A DNA stretch of 64,000 nucleotides, taken from the IMG/VR virus record IMGVR_UViG_3300044504_000033, positions 10,103 through 74,102 of that record; one strand, written 5' to 3'. How positions within the stretch are numbered: position 1 is the first letter of the stretch; every line of letters starts with the position of its first letter. This DNA comes from a virus (taxonomy: Duplodnaviria > Heunggongvirae > Uroviricota > Caudoviricetes). Below, in pieces: positions 19,202 through 29,640 of this stretch. The notes beneath the pieces were generated by a model, which did no database searches, was not told the origin of the DNA, and worked only from the letters and a program-made list of their open reading frames with translations. The position numbers and the translations under genes were made by a program.

Positions 19202-19809
19202 AGGTTCTTACCCCATAATAGTGTGATAGCTTCAGAACCTTCATAGACTTCATCATACGAAGTGTTCCCCGGATATTTTCTCTGTAGGTAGTCGCGTGAG
19301 GTCAACAGAGTACGTGTCAAGTCAAGAACTGACATTGGTGAACCATTCTCGATACTCAACACAATATCCTCATCTGGTGTTATCGTATACGTAAATGTGT
19401 CAATCTGGCCTCGATACGCAATGATGACATCCAGCATTGGCTGGTCCACCGCGATACCATCCAGAACTCCGCCTGAGTTGTTTATTAGCCCTATATAGAC
19501 AACCATTGGAGCACCTTGAAAGCTCGCACCTAATGTACTCCCTTCAAATAGACCTCTCAAGATTAAATTAGGATCTGACAAGCCAATCTTGAAACTTTCC
19601 TTGTCCAGTGTGTCTGAAATACGTGCCGAGTCTAATCCTACGATTGGGTGATCAGCAAGATAGATATCGCCATTATGTGTGTAATCGTAGGGTAATGTCG
19701 TATACGTAAGTTGATTCGATGCGGTGTCAGGACCAATCTTGATAAGTAAGAAAGGAACCATTACATCTTGATTCATTAATGTCTTTAATGCTGCTGAAAG
19801 TCTCTTCAT
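19198..19809 (-). CDS. distal tail / baseplate hub-associated protein (hypothetical, 203 aa)
   Basis: Lies between tape measure and J-like fibre; start overlaps the upstream stop. Confidence 0.4.
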   Translation of the reverse strand: MKRLSAALKTLMNQDVMVPFLLIKIGPDTASNQLTYTTLPYDYTHNGDIYLADHPIVGLDSARISDTLDKESFKIGLSDPNLILRGLFEGSTLGASFQGAPMVVYIGLINNSGGVLDGIAVDQPMLDVIIAYRGQIDTFTYTITPDEDIVLSIENGSPMSVLDLTRTLLTSRDYLQRKYPGNTSYDEVYEGSEAITLLWGKNL

Positions 19810-20519
19810 AATGCTTCAATAAGCCTCACTGTTCCAGGGTCTGATAAGATTCCGTCTACATATCTCATACCGATAACAGACTCAGTATCATAGACGGCAT
19901 TCATTGTGGCAAGCTCTCCGAGAGACACGACTTCGTCTACGGCAACACTACTGAGAAGATTTGGAAATACCTTTAAAGCCACAGTATGGAGGAGTTCATT
20001 GATCACTCCAATTTCCTTCACGAGGTACACTTTACTATGTCCATTGAATCTCACAAAGTCTCCAACGAACAGACGTGCTTCGGGTTGAAGAGTGAAGGTG
20101 ATAGTGTCACTGTTTGGGATAGCTGACGTCGAAGTGGCAGTACCTGTTGAGAATGCCAAATCACCACTCAGTACGCGTTTGGGGTTACTCTTTGGAAATA
20201 CCTCAAAGATATCTCGTATAAATGTAACACCAATGGACTTTGAGTAAGTCTTTATGGGCTGCGGCATCCTCACCTTGATGACTTCACTTAAGTCATTTAC
20301 AATGGCATTTACAAAAAACTCTACCGAATTGTCAGTGGATATTAAATTCGTTTCGATTTCCCATCGTTGTGATTTACCTGATGAAGAAAGTCGTTTGAGA
20401 GACAACGTGTCCGAAGACATTCGAATTCTCTTTGATGATATACTGATTGGGGCAACAAAGGTGGAGATTAACTCACTATTTGCACCGGTATTCGTACTAT
20501 TTCTTAATATTCCGTACAT
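19806..20519 (-). CDS. distal tail protein (Dit-like, hypothetical, 237 aa)
   Basis: First gene after the tape measure gene. Confidence 0.4.
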   Translation of the reverse strand: MYGILRNSTNTGANSELISTFVAPISISSKRIRMSSDTLSLKRLSSSGKSQRWEIETNLISTDNSVEFFVNAIVNDLSEVIKVRMPQPIKTYSKSIGVTFIRDIFEVFPKSNPKRVLSGDLAFSTGTATSTSAIPNSDTITFTLQPEARLFVGDFVRFNGHSKVYLVKEIGVINELLHTVALKVFPNLLSSVAVDEVVSLGELATMNAVYDTESVIGMRYVDGILSDPGTVRLIEAL

Positions 20520-20566
20520 GGTTAACTCCGATTAAAGTGAGGGTACACGAATGTACCCTCGATGAA

Positions 20567-23500
20567 TCACCGACGTAATGCCTCATGATTATGAGAATTA
20601 ACACCGGAGGCTATTTGAGGGATCATAGACATGATATGTGAGCGCGTCTGTCTAGATACATCCCCTGTAATGTTGATGTTGAACACTTGCTCTGAAGATG
20701 CTTTGTCACCATTGTAAGGTGATTTAATTTGGGCAAGTGTAGGAGCCCTTGTTGAAGATGATGTCACACTACCACCAGCTGCAAATGCTCTTAAGCGTTT
20801 CCCTGAGTTCACCGCAGAAAGCAACGCGAAATGTTCCTTAGTGGCCTTCGCGTTAATAACGAACTCACCATTAGATAACATGGCTGGAATCGAGTCGGAA
20901 GTACCGGTACCGCCACCTCTCACATGGCCACCATCGGCCATAAACATAGATGAGATGGCAGACACCCACGAACCACTCTGTCCGCTGGAGCCAGCTTTAG
21001 GAGAGCCTTCGCCAAGATCAAATACACTTGAACCTATGGATTTGAAGAGTTGACCAAGTGGACCTTCAGGGCTTGTCAATGGACCTGTAAGACCGTCGAC
21101 GAATGTCGTTATAATCCCATTTGTAAGGGAATCCATGGCATTATCTAAGAAGTCTGTATCGCCGGTACCTTTAAGGGAATCCACAAGAGACGTTCTAATG
21201 TCACTATGTATACCATCCGCAAAAGAGATACCGGCTGCACTGGCGCGAGACCCTGCTGTGTCCGTTACATTAGACAAAGATTTATCAATACCTTCGCGAG
21301 CATTTCTCATAATTTCTTTAGCAGCTAAGACTTGCTCGGGAGTAGGCTCTCCAGCCAGAATTGCAACTTGGTCCTTAATGGCTTGAGCATAGCTATTCAC
21401 GTTTGCTCTCTCACGACTTGTCATTTGAGTATACAATTCTTTTGAGAAAGTTACACCAACATCACCAAGATTTGCCAGCATACCAGCCAAGCCCATACGA
21501 ATACGATCAACACTCAGTTGAAATACCGGTGTGGTGGATTCAATCGCAGCATGTAAAGCATCGTAAGTGACATCGACACCAGCCAGTTCGGGAGACCCAG
21601 GTGCAAGTCCTTTAAGATCCGACATAGCAGCTTTTATGTTGCCTGCCGAAACTGCAAAGATATTGCGAGCAGTTTCACCTACACCTAAGAACTCTTTGAA
21701 GGAGATGCTAAGGTCAGGAAATGATGTTGTAAGCTCATTAAATTGCTCCATTAATGTACGCGTATCCATCTCTTTCGAGGGACCTGCATCACCGCCAGAC
21801 AGACTACCACTACTGGCTATTTCATTAATGGAATTAACTTGTCCTCGCATTGATTCCTTAAGGTTGATTACTTTCCAGTTATTAGCAGGAACACCATTTG
21901 CTGCGTACTTTCTCAGGTCTGCGACGCCCTCTTTCAGGCTCGTGATGGCTTTTCCAATATCCGCACCCTGATCTTTCGTGAGGTTTTTCATATCACGATC
22001 AGATACAGAATTTAGACCAGTTACGCCGAGCGCTTTCAGCTCGCCAAAGCCCTTCTTGATGAGATCTATAGAAGTGTTTTGATCAGCTGCATTATTGACC
22101 TTATACGCATAACTGTTCTCATTAGGTGAAAAAGCACCTGTTATAGCACTCACCAAGTCAGAAATTTGTGAACCAAACTCAGACCCCAGGATATTGTCGA
22201 AGGTACTTGAAAGCAGCCCTAAGAAGTCAGTGGAACCACCTACGATATTTACATCAAGAACGTCGGCCGCAATAGCTGAAGTGGGACCAGTCTTGCCACC
22301 TGCAAAGTACCCGACTTTCTTTCCGGAATTGATAGCATGCAGGATATTCGCATTATCTTTCGAGGCTTTGGCATTTATGACAAACTCCCCATTCGAAAGC
22401 ATTGCAGGGATATCATCGGAGGTGCCACTACCTGGTCCAGAAACAAAACCACCTGTAGCAAATTGTGGCAGATAGGCAGCCAACCTTGCCCGCTCCGTCT
22501 CCGGCCAACCAAACTCAGCATTCGCCTTCAGAGGTTTAAAACTACTAGCATCTCCATTGAATGATTTGTTAAGCTTAGCATCATCAGCGAAATCCATTGC
22601 GTAGTCGTATAGCCCTTCAGTCGTAAATTGTGATTTAAAATCACTCTGATTGCTCATGTAAGTTCTATATCCCAACGCCACTTGCGCTAACGCGTCAGGT
22701 TCTAACCACTTAGCGTGATCGAGCGCCCATTTAGTTGCTTGTGCTTCTCTCTCAAGGGTTGGTGTCTCCCTAAATACCTTAAGTTCAGCAATCTCAGGAT
22801 TACTCTCTACTAATTTTGCTATATCACTTAACATTGAAGATTCCACAAAATCACTTACCGTGTCTCTAAAGTCCATCTGCTTATCAAAGAATGCATAGTG
22901 CTTTTCAAGGTATTCATCAGACTCATCTTGTCTGTATGGAAATATACTTCTAATCGGAGTGTTTATAGAGTCATCCGGAATAGCCATTTCCAGTTGGGTG
23001 AGCATCGCCATTACCGTGGCTCTACTTTCACTGTCAGGGTAAGACTGAAGGTAACTACGGTATTCAGGTGCGGTTTGACGCCCATACAGACCCGAGTATC
23101 TCTCCGCCACAACATCAGATGCAAGCTTTTTAGAAGGATCTTTAGTCAGATTCGAAACTAAAGTTGGAGCTATAGCCTTCAAATGAAACAAGTGGCCTAT
23201 CTCATGCATACCAGTAAGATATCCCTGATCGACAAGCCCCTTCTTCAGCTTGGGTATAGTAATCTGAAATCCTGTTGGACCGCCTATCTTCGCCTTACTG
23301 TCGGAAGGGTCCTCTGCACGAATTACAGTAACATTACCTCTAGATATATATTTGAGCATGTCGCTATTTGCAAGATCCCTTGCTACTGGAAATGACATGT
23401 CATTTAGATACTCTCCAGAGACCAGACCACCGTCCTTAAACGCGGGTAATCCATTGTTGATACGCTCCAGCAACCCACGATTTTGTTTTGTGGATTCTGC

Positions 23501-26500
23501 ATTTATGACAAACTCACCATTAGAGAGCATCGCAGGTATCGAATCAGATGTTCCAGTCCCTGCACCTGTGATATGTCCGCCTAAAGCACGTTTTTCTGTG
23601 CCCGATGATCCGGCTCCACCTGAAAGTCTCTCCAAGAGCAGTTGCGTGTTAGTAGTAGAGTTCTCAATAATACCTTTATCGTCTATCTGTACCTTACCAC
23701 CGGTAAACCACTCAGGCTCTTTACCAAATATACTATCTTTATACCAAGTACCTAGTGTGGTTCCAATACGACCCGCAAAGTCCGACACGGCATTATCGGC
23801 TAGAGGAGCTACACCCGTTATCGCTGGGCGTTGCTCAATCGGGAGCTGTAATGCAACCTCCAGTCGCTTTTCAACCGGTGCGGTCTTTCCGGCAGCTAGA
23901 CTACGGAGGTCGTACGCTTTTTCGTACTTATCGAGATTCGCTTGTAATGAGCTAGTGAGCGCTTCTCTAAGGCGTATCTCGTCACGTATCAGCGCAGAAT
24001 TACCATTTGGATCTTCAAGTAGACTGTTGAGTCGTGCATTAGACGCCGCGAGCTTGGCAGTGAGAGTGTCTATGCTAGTTTCAGGTGCCTTGAGGTTGTT
24101 TAAAGATTCCTCAATACCCTTCCTAATGTATAATCCTGCAGTTATCAGAACACCGGCAAAGACTAGCGCGATCTTGACCCACTTACTGGAGTTCCAAAGA
24201 CTGGTGGCGAGGTATGGTATCAATTTCTTAAAGATACCATCAAACGTGTAGCTCAACGCCTCCGTAATACCGTCAACAGCTTTCACTACACCCTCGAGTA
24301 TTAAACGTGCGGCAGTTGCCCCCAATACGGAGCCGACACCCGTCCCTATAACACCACTACTCAATGACACCGCAACCTTAGCCCACTCAGGGCTGTTAGT
24401 CATCCCCCCTGCAATCTTGTGGCCCATGTCATAGGCATATGAAGCACCGATAGCTCCGCCGAGAGCACCACCGACTTGTGACACAGAATCTTTCACAGCT
24501 TCCCTACGAGCCTGCGCCTGTGTCTTAAGGTACTTTACCTGGTCCTCATTCAGCTTTCTTGTGTCAGTGAGCTCTTTAGTTTGTCTCTCAGATTCCTGAA
24601 CTAGTCTTTCTGTCATCTTATTCGCAGAAATCATATCAGCAACATATGGCGCATTACGCTTACCGAAGTGATTAGGGTTCTGCGAGCCTGAATCTTTGAA
24701 TCTCTGTAAATCCGCAGGTGTGATTGGCTTACCTCTATACATTCTTTGGCTAAGGCGATCACCTGCTGTTTGAGAAGCATGCTCGGCGGCACCATTCGCT
24801 TGTTTCGAGCGAATAGCTAAAGCAGCTAGTTGGACATCTATCTTAGTGATAGCCTTTGTTGTTGTCGATAACTCGTAAGCTTGACCAGCAACCTTTCCGA
24901 GTGACATCGGCGCAGTGACGATTTGCTTGGCTATCGTCATCATCATCTCTCGACCTGATTTGAATAGAAAGAGAATCTTACCCACAATCGATGCTAACAT
25001 GAGTGGATTGTTAACTGCGAGATCTTTGATACCGGTCGCCAGCGTGTCAATAAAACGTCGTGCCAACGAGCTTAATGCGTTACCTACAGTTGTATTCGTA
25101 AGTCCCGCTGCAAAAGCTACGCCAAAGCCAAGTGCAAGGGCACGTCCTATTGCTACCCTAAATCCCGAAGATACAATGGCAAGCAGTAGCCCAACATTAA
25201 CTGCCAGATATATAGCCTTCTTGATAACCTCACGCGCGCCTTCAGGAAATGCAAAGTATGTGTCATGCCCTAAAGGACGCTCACTATCCTTTCGATGCGT
25301 ACCACGACCAACTTCAGAAGTGTTATCAATTTGCTCACCAGAGAGAAAGCCCTTGTAAGTATCCTTAATCCCATATACTTGTTTGAACGTTCTGACAAAT
25401 GCTGTTTGATTCAAAGTAATAAATATCTTCTCAATATAGCCTTTGATATCTTCAAATACAGACTTGATAGAAGCGCCAATTGCTACAAATGATTTTCTGA
25501 CATTCTCAGGCATACTATCGAATGCAGTCTGAGTGATTTTTGAGATAGTCTCTCTAAGCTCGCTAAATTTGTTCTTAATCTTATCAAGAAGCTTTACATT
25601 CGAGGCAATCGCTGAGGGTTTGACAACTTCATTAAAACTCTTACTGAGTGCCTTTGCAGAGCTGTCCAATCCCTTTGAGTTAATGGATTTGGTTGCAGAA
25701 CCGACATCTACTTTCGAAGATACACTACTTAATGTATTCACTAAAGTAATAAGTCCTATAATCCCTAGCTGAATCGCACCAAAGATGGTTCCAAATCTGA
25801 GAACAATACCGGCAACTCTTAAGAAAGCACTTCCAAACATCTTTGTAAAGTAAAGTAATGGAGGAAACACTAGGAGTAGCTTGCCGAAACCAGAAGAAGC
25901 AGATTTGACAAAAGTACTGATGTAAGAGAGAGGCTTCCCGAGAAGTTTAGCTAACCATGACACCGTCTCTTTAACAGTATCAGGTATCCACGAGTGGCCA
26001 ATTACTTGGTCGTATAACCAAAAGAACCAACGCTCAGCCTTGACTGCAAAGTCTTTAACGAATCCTAGAGCCTTGTCCAAATCTGGAAAGAACTTCGAAA
26101 CCTCAATACTAGGGAGTGCGCTAAATGCGTCCTTGAAATTATTGAGAACGATCTCTTTCAGGCCTCTGAATACTACGGCTATCTTGTCAATCAGAAAGTA
26201 GGTAGCACCAACTACACCGATGAAGACGGTGTCTATTACTGTCTTAAAGAAGCTTACGATTGAATTCTTTGTCCTCTCCAATGTCTTCAAGGTATCATCA
26301 AAACCGCTAAGGAATGTCTTCGCTTGTACAGATATGCTTTTAAATACTTCCCTCAGACTGGTGGCGATGCGTACAGCCTTTTCAAACGGGGTTGCGGCGA
26401 TTCTTTTGAGATGAATAAATCCAAAATAGATATCGGCAATAAGCAGGTTGATGCTTAGCTTAGCGCCATTTACATATGCTTTCAAATTTTCTGCAATATC

Positions 26501-27322
26501 AAATATACTCATCGCTACATCATTAATTTTACTCGCAAGTCCCGCACCTTCACCGAATACACTGTCTGAGAAGTTCTTGAACACCAGACTAAGCGCTGTG
26601 CCCATGTTAGTAAATGCACCGGCATATGTGATATTTAGCTTCTTGAAGTCTTCAGAGATGCGTTTCTGTTGCTTCTGTATTGCGTTAAACACTGTAGAGA
26701 ATGTTAGCTCCCCCTCTTCTGCCATCTTTCGTAGATTACCGAAAGGAACATTAAGACCTTTCGCTAAGTTCAGAGCGAAAACAGGTGCAGATTCAAACAC
26801 CGCTCTAAGTTCTTCACCGGCTAAACGGTTGGATGCGAGACCTTGACCCAACTGGAGAATCGCTGATGTGGATTCGGCAGCAGTGGCACCCGAGATTGCC
26901 AGAGTCTGTCCTATAGACTTTGTAAAATTTGCGAGTGCTGCTTGAGTTACGTTGTAACGCTTACCTGCCAGAGCTACTTTCGAGTAAAGAGTTGCAGTAG
27001 CCGTCAAGTCGGTACGTGTGTCCATTGCAATACGTTTAACATTACTCAATGATTTAGCAAACTCATTTGAGCCATCTGTCACCGTTCTCAGTTTGTTTTC
27101 GAGATTGGTGAACTGGTCTAATTTAGAGATTCCAAGACTGAATGATAACATTGCTGTGGCGGCTGCAACAATACCCTTAGTCATCGAAGCGAAGCCCTGA
27201 GTAGCCTTCTCAGTATTCTGCCGTATTCCTTCGACGGATGCTCTTAGCTTTGCAATATCAGCTCGTGCGTCTCTTGAGTCTGAAATCGTTTCAATTTTTA
27301 TTGCCATTTTAGGTTTCCTCAA
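20567..27322 (-). CDS. tail tape measure protein (2251 aa) with HExxH zinc-metallopeptidase motif and three ~45-aa repeats
   Basis: Coiled-coil/TM-rich N-terminal half; GMHEIGHLFHLK; three copies of GxxxGxGTSDSIPAMLSNGEFVINA(K/E)xxK; located after tail chaperones and major tail protein. Confidence 0.8.
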   Translation of the reverse strand: MRKPKMAIKIETISDSRDARADIAKLRASVEGIRQNTEKATQGFASMTKGIVAAATAMLSFSLGISKLDQFTNLENKLRTVTDGSNEFAKSLSNVKRIAMDTRTDLTATATLYSKVALAGKRYNVTQAALANFTKSIGQTLAISGATAAESTSAILQLGQGLASNRLAGEELRAVFESAPVFALNLAKGLNVPFGNLRKMAEEGELTFSTVFNAIQKQQKRISEDFKKLNITYAGAFTNMGTALSLVFKNFSDSVFGEGAGLASKINDVAMSIFDIAENLKAYVNGAKLSINLLIADIYFGFIHLKRIAATPFEKAVRIATSLREVFKSISVQAKTFLSGFDDTLKTLERTKNSIVSFFKTVIDTVFIGVVGATYFLIDKIAVVFRGLKEIVLNNFKDAFSALPSIEVSKFFPDLDKALGFVKDFAVKAERWFFWLYDQVIGHSWIPDTVKETVSWLAKLLGKPLSYISTFVKSASSGFGKLLLVFPPLLYFTKMFGSAFLRVAGIVLRFGTIFGAIQLGIIGLITLVNTLSSVSSKVDVGSATKSINSKGLDSSAKALSKSFNEVVKPSAIASNVKLLDKIKNKFSELRETISKITQTAFDSMPENVRKSFVAIGASIKSVFEDIKGYIEKIFITLNQTAFVRTFKQVYGIKDTYKGFLSGEQIDNTSEVGRGTHRKDSERPLGHDTYFAFPEGAREVIKKAIYLAVNVGLLLAIVSSGFRVAIGRALALGFGVAFAAGLTNTTVGNALSSLARRFIDTLATGIKDLAVNNPLMLASIVGKILFLFKSGREMMMTIAKQIVTAPMSLGKVAGQAYELSTTTKAITKIDVQLAALAIRSKQANGAAEHASQTAGDRLSQRMYRGKPITPADLQRFKDSGSQNPNHFGKRNAPYVADMISANKMTERLVQESERQTKELTDTRKLNEDQVKYLKTQAQARREAVKDSVSQVGGALGGAIGASYAYDMGHKIAGGMTNSPEWAKVAVSLSSGVIGTGVGSVLGATAARLILEGVVKAVDGITEALSYTFDGIFKKLIPYLATSLWNSSKWVKIALVFAGVLITAGLYIRKGIEESLNNLKAPETSIDTLTAKLAASNARLNSLLEDPNGNSALIRDEIRLREALTSSLQANLDKYEKAYDLRSLAAGKTAPVEKRLEVALQLPIEQRPAITGVAPLADNAVSDFAGRIGTTLGTWYKDSIFGKEPEWFTGGKVQIDDKGIIENSTTNTQLLLERLSGGAGSSGTEKRALGGHITGAGTGTSDSIPAMLSNGEFVINAESTKQNRGLLERINNGLPAFKDGGLVSGEYLNDMSFPVARDLANSDMLKYISRGNVTVIRAEDPSDSKAKIGGPTGFQITIPKLKKGLVDQGYLTGMHEIGHLFHLKAIAPTLVSNLTKDPSKKLASDVVAERYSGLYGRQTAPEYRSYLQSYPDSESRATVMAMLTQLEMAIPDDSINTPIRSIFPYRQDESDEYLEKHYAFFDKQMDFRDTVSDFVESSMLSDIAKLVESNPEIAELKVFRETPTLEREAQATKWALDHAKWLEPDALAQVALGYRTYMSNQSDFKSQFTTEGLYDYAMDFADDAKLNKSFNGDASSFKPLKANAEFGWPETERARLAAYLPQFATGGFVSGPGSGTSDDIPAMLSNGEFVINAKASKDNANILHAINSGKKVGYFAGGKTGPTSAIAADVLDVNIVGGSTDFLGLLSSTFDNILGSEFGSQISDLVSAITGAFSPNENSYAYKVNNAADQNTSIDLIKKGFGELKALGVTGLNSVSDRDMKNLTKDQGADIGKAITSLKEGVADLRKYAANGVPANNWKVINLKESMRGQVNSINEIASSGSLSGGDAGPSKEMDTRTLMEQFNELTTSFPDLSISFKEFLGVGETARNIFAVSAGNIKAAMSDLKGLAPGSPELAGVDVTYDALHAAIESTTPVFQLSVDRIRMGLAGMLANLGDVGVTFSKELYTQMTSRERANVNSYAQAIKDQVAILAGEPTPEQVLAAKEIMRNAREGIDKSLSNVTDTAGSRASAAGISFADGIHSDIRTSLVDSLKGTGDTDFLDNAMDSLTNGIITTFVDGLTGPLTSPEGPLGQLFKSIGSSVFDLGEGSPKAGSSGQSGSWVSAISSMFMADGGHVRGGGTGTSDSIPAMLSNGEFVINAKATKEHFALLSAVNSGKRLRAFAAGGSVTSSSTRAPTLAQIKSPYNGDKASSEQVFNINITGDVSRQTRSHIMSMIPQIASGVNSHNHEALRR

Positions 27323-27367
27323 AATAAAACCCAGAATCCTTATAAGGGAAACTGGGTATACAAGACG

Positions 27368-27691
27368 TTAATCTTGTTGATGCACTACGATATTTCCTAA
27401 GGGCTTTCCATACTTCAATGCTATTCTTTCAATAAAGTGGGAAGGAGCTTGCTTAGATGAGCCTCTGTTCAAGTCATCGATATACTCTGTCGAGTTAAGT
27501 ATATCAATACCTAACGGTGTTTGTACAAGTACCCATGCCTCGCGAGCTTCTCCTGTATCAAGAGGAGTCGCCGCACGAAGCTCAGATCTCAACGAAAGAG
27601 CACTAACGAGATGTTGCTGTTTAATGCTTTTCTGCTGTTCTCTTGAGACTCTTTCAAATTCTCTCTGTACACCTTTAAGTGTTATTTTCAT
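27368..27691 (-). CDS. hypothetical tail assembly-region protein (107 aa)
   Basis: Sits immediately upstream of the tape measure gene. Confidence 0.35.
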   Translation of the reverse strand: MKITLKGVQREFERVSREQQKSIKQQHLVSALSLRSELRAATPLDTGEAREAWVLVQTPLGIDILNSTEYIDDLNRGSSKQAPSHFIERIALKYGKPLGNIVVHQQD

Positions 27692-27695
27692 GACT

Positions 27696-27962
27696 CTAAT
27701 CCACCCTCAATACGTCGCCACCTTTAGCAGCAATCAGTTTAGTGAATAAGAAGGAGCCTTGCAAGGTATCTGCGGCCATCCTGGTCGCTTTAGCTTGTTC
27801 AGACTCTTCCATGAGTGGTTTAAGGCTCGGAAATATACTATGAGGCTTTTCTTTTGTGCCTGAGAAACTCTGTATCTGATAGAAGGCACGTAAATCTTCA
27901 CGCCAGCCAATAGGACGTCTGTCAAAATATTTACTCCATTTGACGTATTCTTCATAAGGCAT
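27696..27962 (-). CDS. hypothetical tail assembly-region protein (88 aa)
   Basis: Follows the chaperone-like ORFs. Confidence 0.35.
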   Translation of the reverse strand: MPYEEYVKWSKYFDRRPIGWREDLRAFYQIQSFSGTKEKPHSIFPSLKPLMEESEQAKATRMAADTLQGSFLFTKLIAAKGGDVLRVD

Positions 27963-28039
27963 CTCGCTTTCTAATATATATACAGGTAACCTTAAGTGGG
28001 AAGCTAATTCATATCGGAACAGTTCATCGTCCGAAAGCG

Positions 28040-28387
28040 TTAGCTTCCCTTCTTGTTTCCCATACCAGAGAATTCCATAATGTCGTTTGACAGCGTGGTG
28101 ACTTCATCCAATGGGAGTTGTGCAAAATCCTCATCAGTAAGGTCAGCGCCGTCTTCGGCGGAGATACGGATAACCGTCTTCAGCAGCTCAAACCCAAGCG
28201 CATCATTGTCGCCTGCCGTCTTAGCTTGCTCTTGAATTCGCTCAACCTCGTTAAGTGTAAGTTTGTTGATGAGAACAGTCTCACCCATGAACTTAGACTT
28301 CTTGGTGATCTTTTTACCGACTAGACTCTTAATGCCTGACATTTTAGTTACCTTTGAAATCGATGGAATGTGAAGATTGGAAGTCAT
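28040..28387 (-). CDS. tail assembly chaperone-like protein (likely starts at internal Met ~28342)
   Basis: Acidic small protein between major tail protein and tape measure; overlaps the previous ORF by 44 nt in another frame. Confidence 0.35.
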   Translation of the reverse strand: MTSNLHIPSISKVTKMSGIKSLVGKKITKKSKFMGETVLINKLTLNEVERIQEQAKTAGDNDALGFELLKTVIRISAEDGADLTDEDFAQLPLDEVTTLSNDIMEFSGMGNKKGS

Positions 28388-28589
28388 CTAATTGCTTCCT
28401 CATGCTGTGTAGATGTGAAAGAGTTCTGAATATCTCTGAGGACTTTTCACGGTCATCAGCAAATTCTTCAATTCTCAAGAATGTTTTCCGGATACTGATA
28501 TCAATATCCTTGCGCATATGCTTTGTGGTCGTACGTAGGACATATCCGCTACTGAATGGTCTTGCTTCAGTTGTCATAATGGTTTCCAA
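28344..28589 (-). CDS. tail assembly chaperone-like protein (81 aa)
   Basis: Sits immediately after the major tail protein gene. Confidence 0.35.
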   Translation of the reverse strand: METIMTTEARPFSSGYVLRTTTKHMRKDIDISIRKTFLRIEEFADDREKSSEIFRTLSHLHSMRKQLDDFQSSHSIDFKGN

Positions 28590-28672
28590 TATCTCTGAAT
28601 TAGTGAGGGACGTCTTAGATTTAATCGTTTAAGAATACGCTATGCACTAGCAACTCTCCCTCATACGGTTAT

Positions 28673-29236
28673 TTAGATGGTGAAAGCACCATTGAAATCT
28701 GACTGTACGGTCAGAGTTACAGTGGCGGTGTTTGCATCGGTGAGCTGTGGATTGACCATGATAGCTTCAATCTTACCTACCCAGAAGAACTGGCTGTTTT
28801 GAACGGTACCAAGACCGGCTGCATCAGAAGCATAGTTATTGAGATCTGCAGGGTCAGTGCCGGTAGGCTCACTGTTCATCAGGGTGAAGCGGAAGATATG
28901 TTGGATACCGTCACCCACTAAATTACCCAAAGTGGTGCCTGAGGCCCAGTCTGCGGCGATATAGTTGATCTGAAGTTCCTGTGAAGGAGCATCAGCTTGT
29001 CCCTGGATCTGTTGTGAGGTTTTGGAACCATAAACAGGAACATTAACTACGTTAGGTGGGGTGCCCATCGCAGGAAATTCACGAACGTTTTTGATACGTG
29101 CGTATTCGTCAGCAGACAAGTTGTCGAAGAGTGCAAACCAATCGGCAGAACCGAAGGCAGACGTGTCAACAGCTGCTGCAAGATGGACAGACAAGTCGGA
29201 GAACAGGCCTGCGCCGATGGAGTTGATATGTGCCAT
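28673..29236 (-). CDS. major tail (tube) protein
   Basis: 187 aa, Thr/Ser/Asn/Gly-rich; canonical position upstream of the chaperone pair and tape measure. Confidence 0.45.
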   Translation of the reverse strand: MAHINSIGAGLFSDLSVHLAAAVDTSAFGSADWFALFDNLSADEYARIKNVREFPAMGTPPNVVNVPVYGSKTSQQIQGQADAPSQELQINYIAADWASGTTLGNLVGDGIQHIFRFTLMNSEPTGTDPADLNNYASDAAGLGTVQNSQFFWVGKIEAIMVNPQLTDANTATVTLTVQSDFNGAFTI

Positions 29237-29640
29237 TAATGTGATGCTCCAAAGTAATTGAACGGAATTGAGTAGGTTGTTCTAAACAGGGAAGGATTAT
29301 CAGAATCTTTTGAACCCTTTCCAAGGAAACTACTGAGAAACTGTGTAACAGCTCCTGAAACAAGCGTTACTGAGCGTCCTAATAGATGAGTATCTAATGC
29401 ATCCGCGATGCTGGAAGTATCGGTAACACTACCAACAGACACAAATATATCTACCATAAGTACTCCGGAAAGCGAATTGATGTTAACCCCTGAGTTTCCA
29501 GGAATAACACAAATTCTTACGTACTTACCTCCCGTAGCAGCTACAAAATTATCTGGATACGTAGGGATATTCTCACTGAGCCACCCTGCCGATCCAAATA
29601 CCGAAAAGATATCATTGTCAAGTGCCGTGTATCTACCCAT
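29236..29640 (-). CDS. tail completion / tail terminator-like protein (hypothetical)
   Basis: Position between head-tail joining genes and the major tail protein. Confidence 0.35.
   Translation of the reverse strand: MGRYTALDNDIFSVFGSAGWLSENIPTYPDNFVAATGGKYVRICVIPGNSGVNINSLSGVLMVDIFVSVGSVTDTSSIADALDTHLLGRSVTLVSGAVTQFLSSFLGKGSKDSDNPSLFRTTYSIPFNYFGASH

Noticed and set aside
23352-24251. 299-aa plus-strand ORF (and many other plus-strand ORFs of 60-170 aa throughout, e.g. 1066-1335, 1942-2175, 16500-16904, 24915-25358, 31113-31487, 31764-32255, 44218-44904, 62723-63076)
   Set aside because: All lie antisense inside long minus-strand genes that have clear homology motifs (tape measure, polymerases, capsid, scaffold, etc.). 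They are low-complexity Ser/Pro/Arg-rich shadows typical of the reverse strand of biased coding DNA, and none has a convincing RBS or conserved motif.
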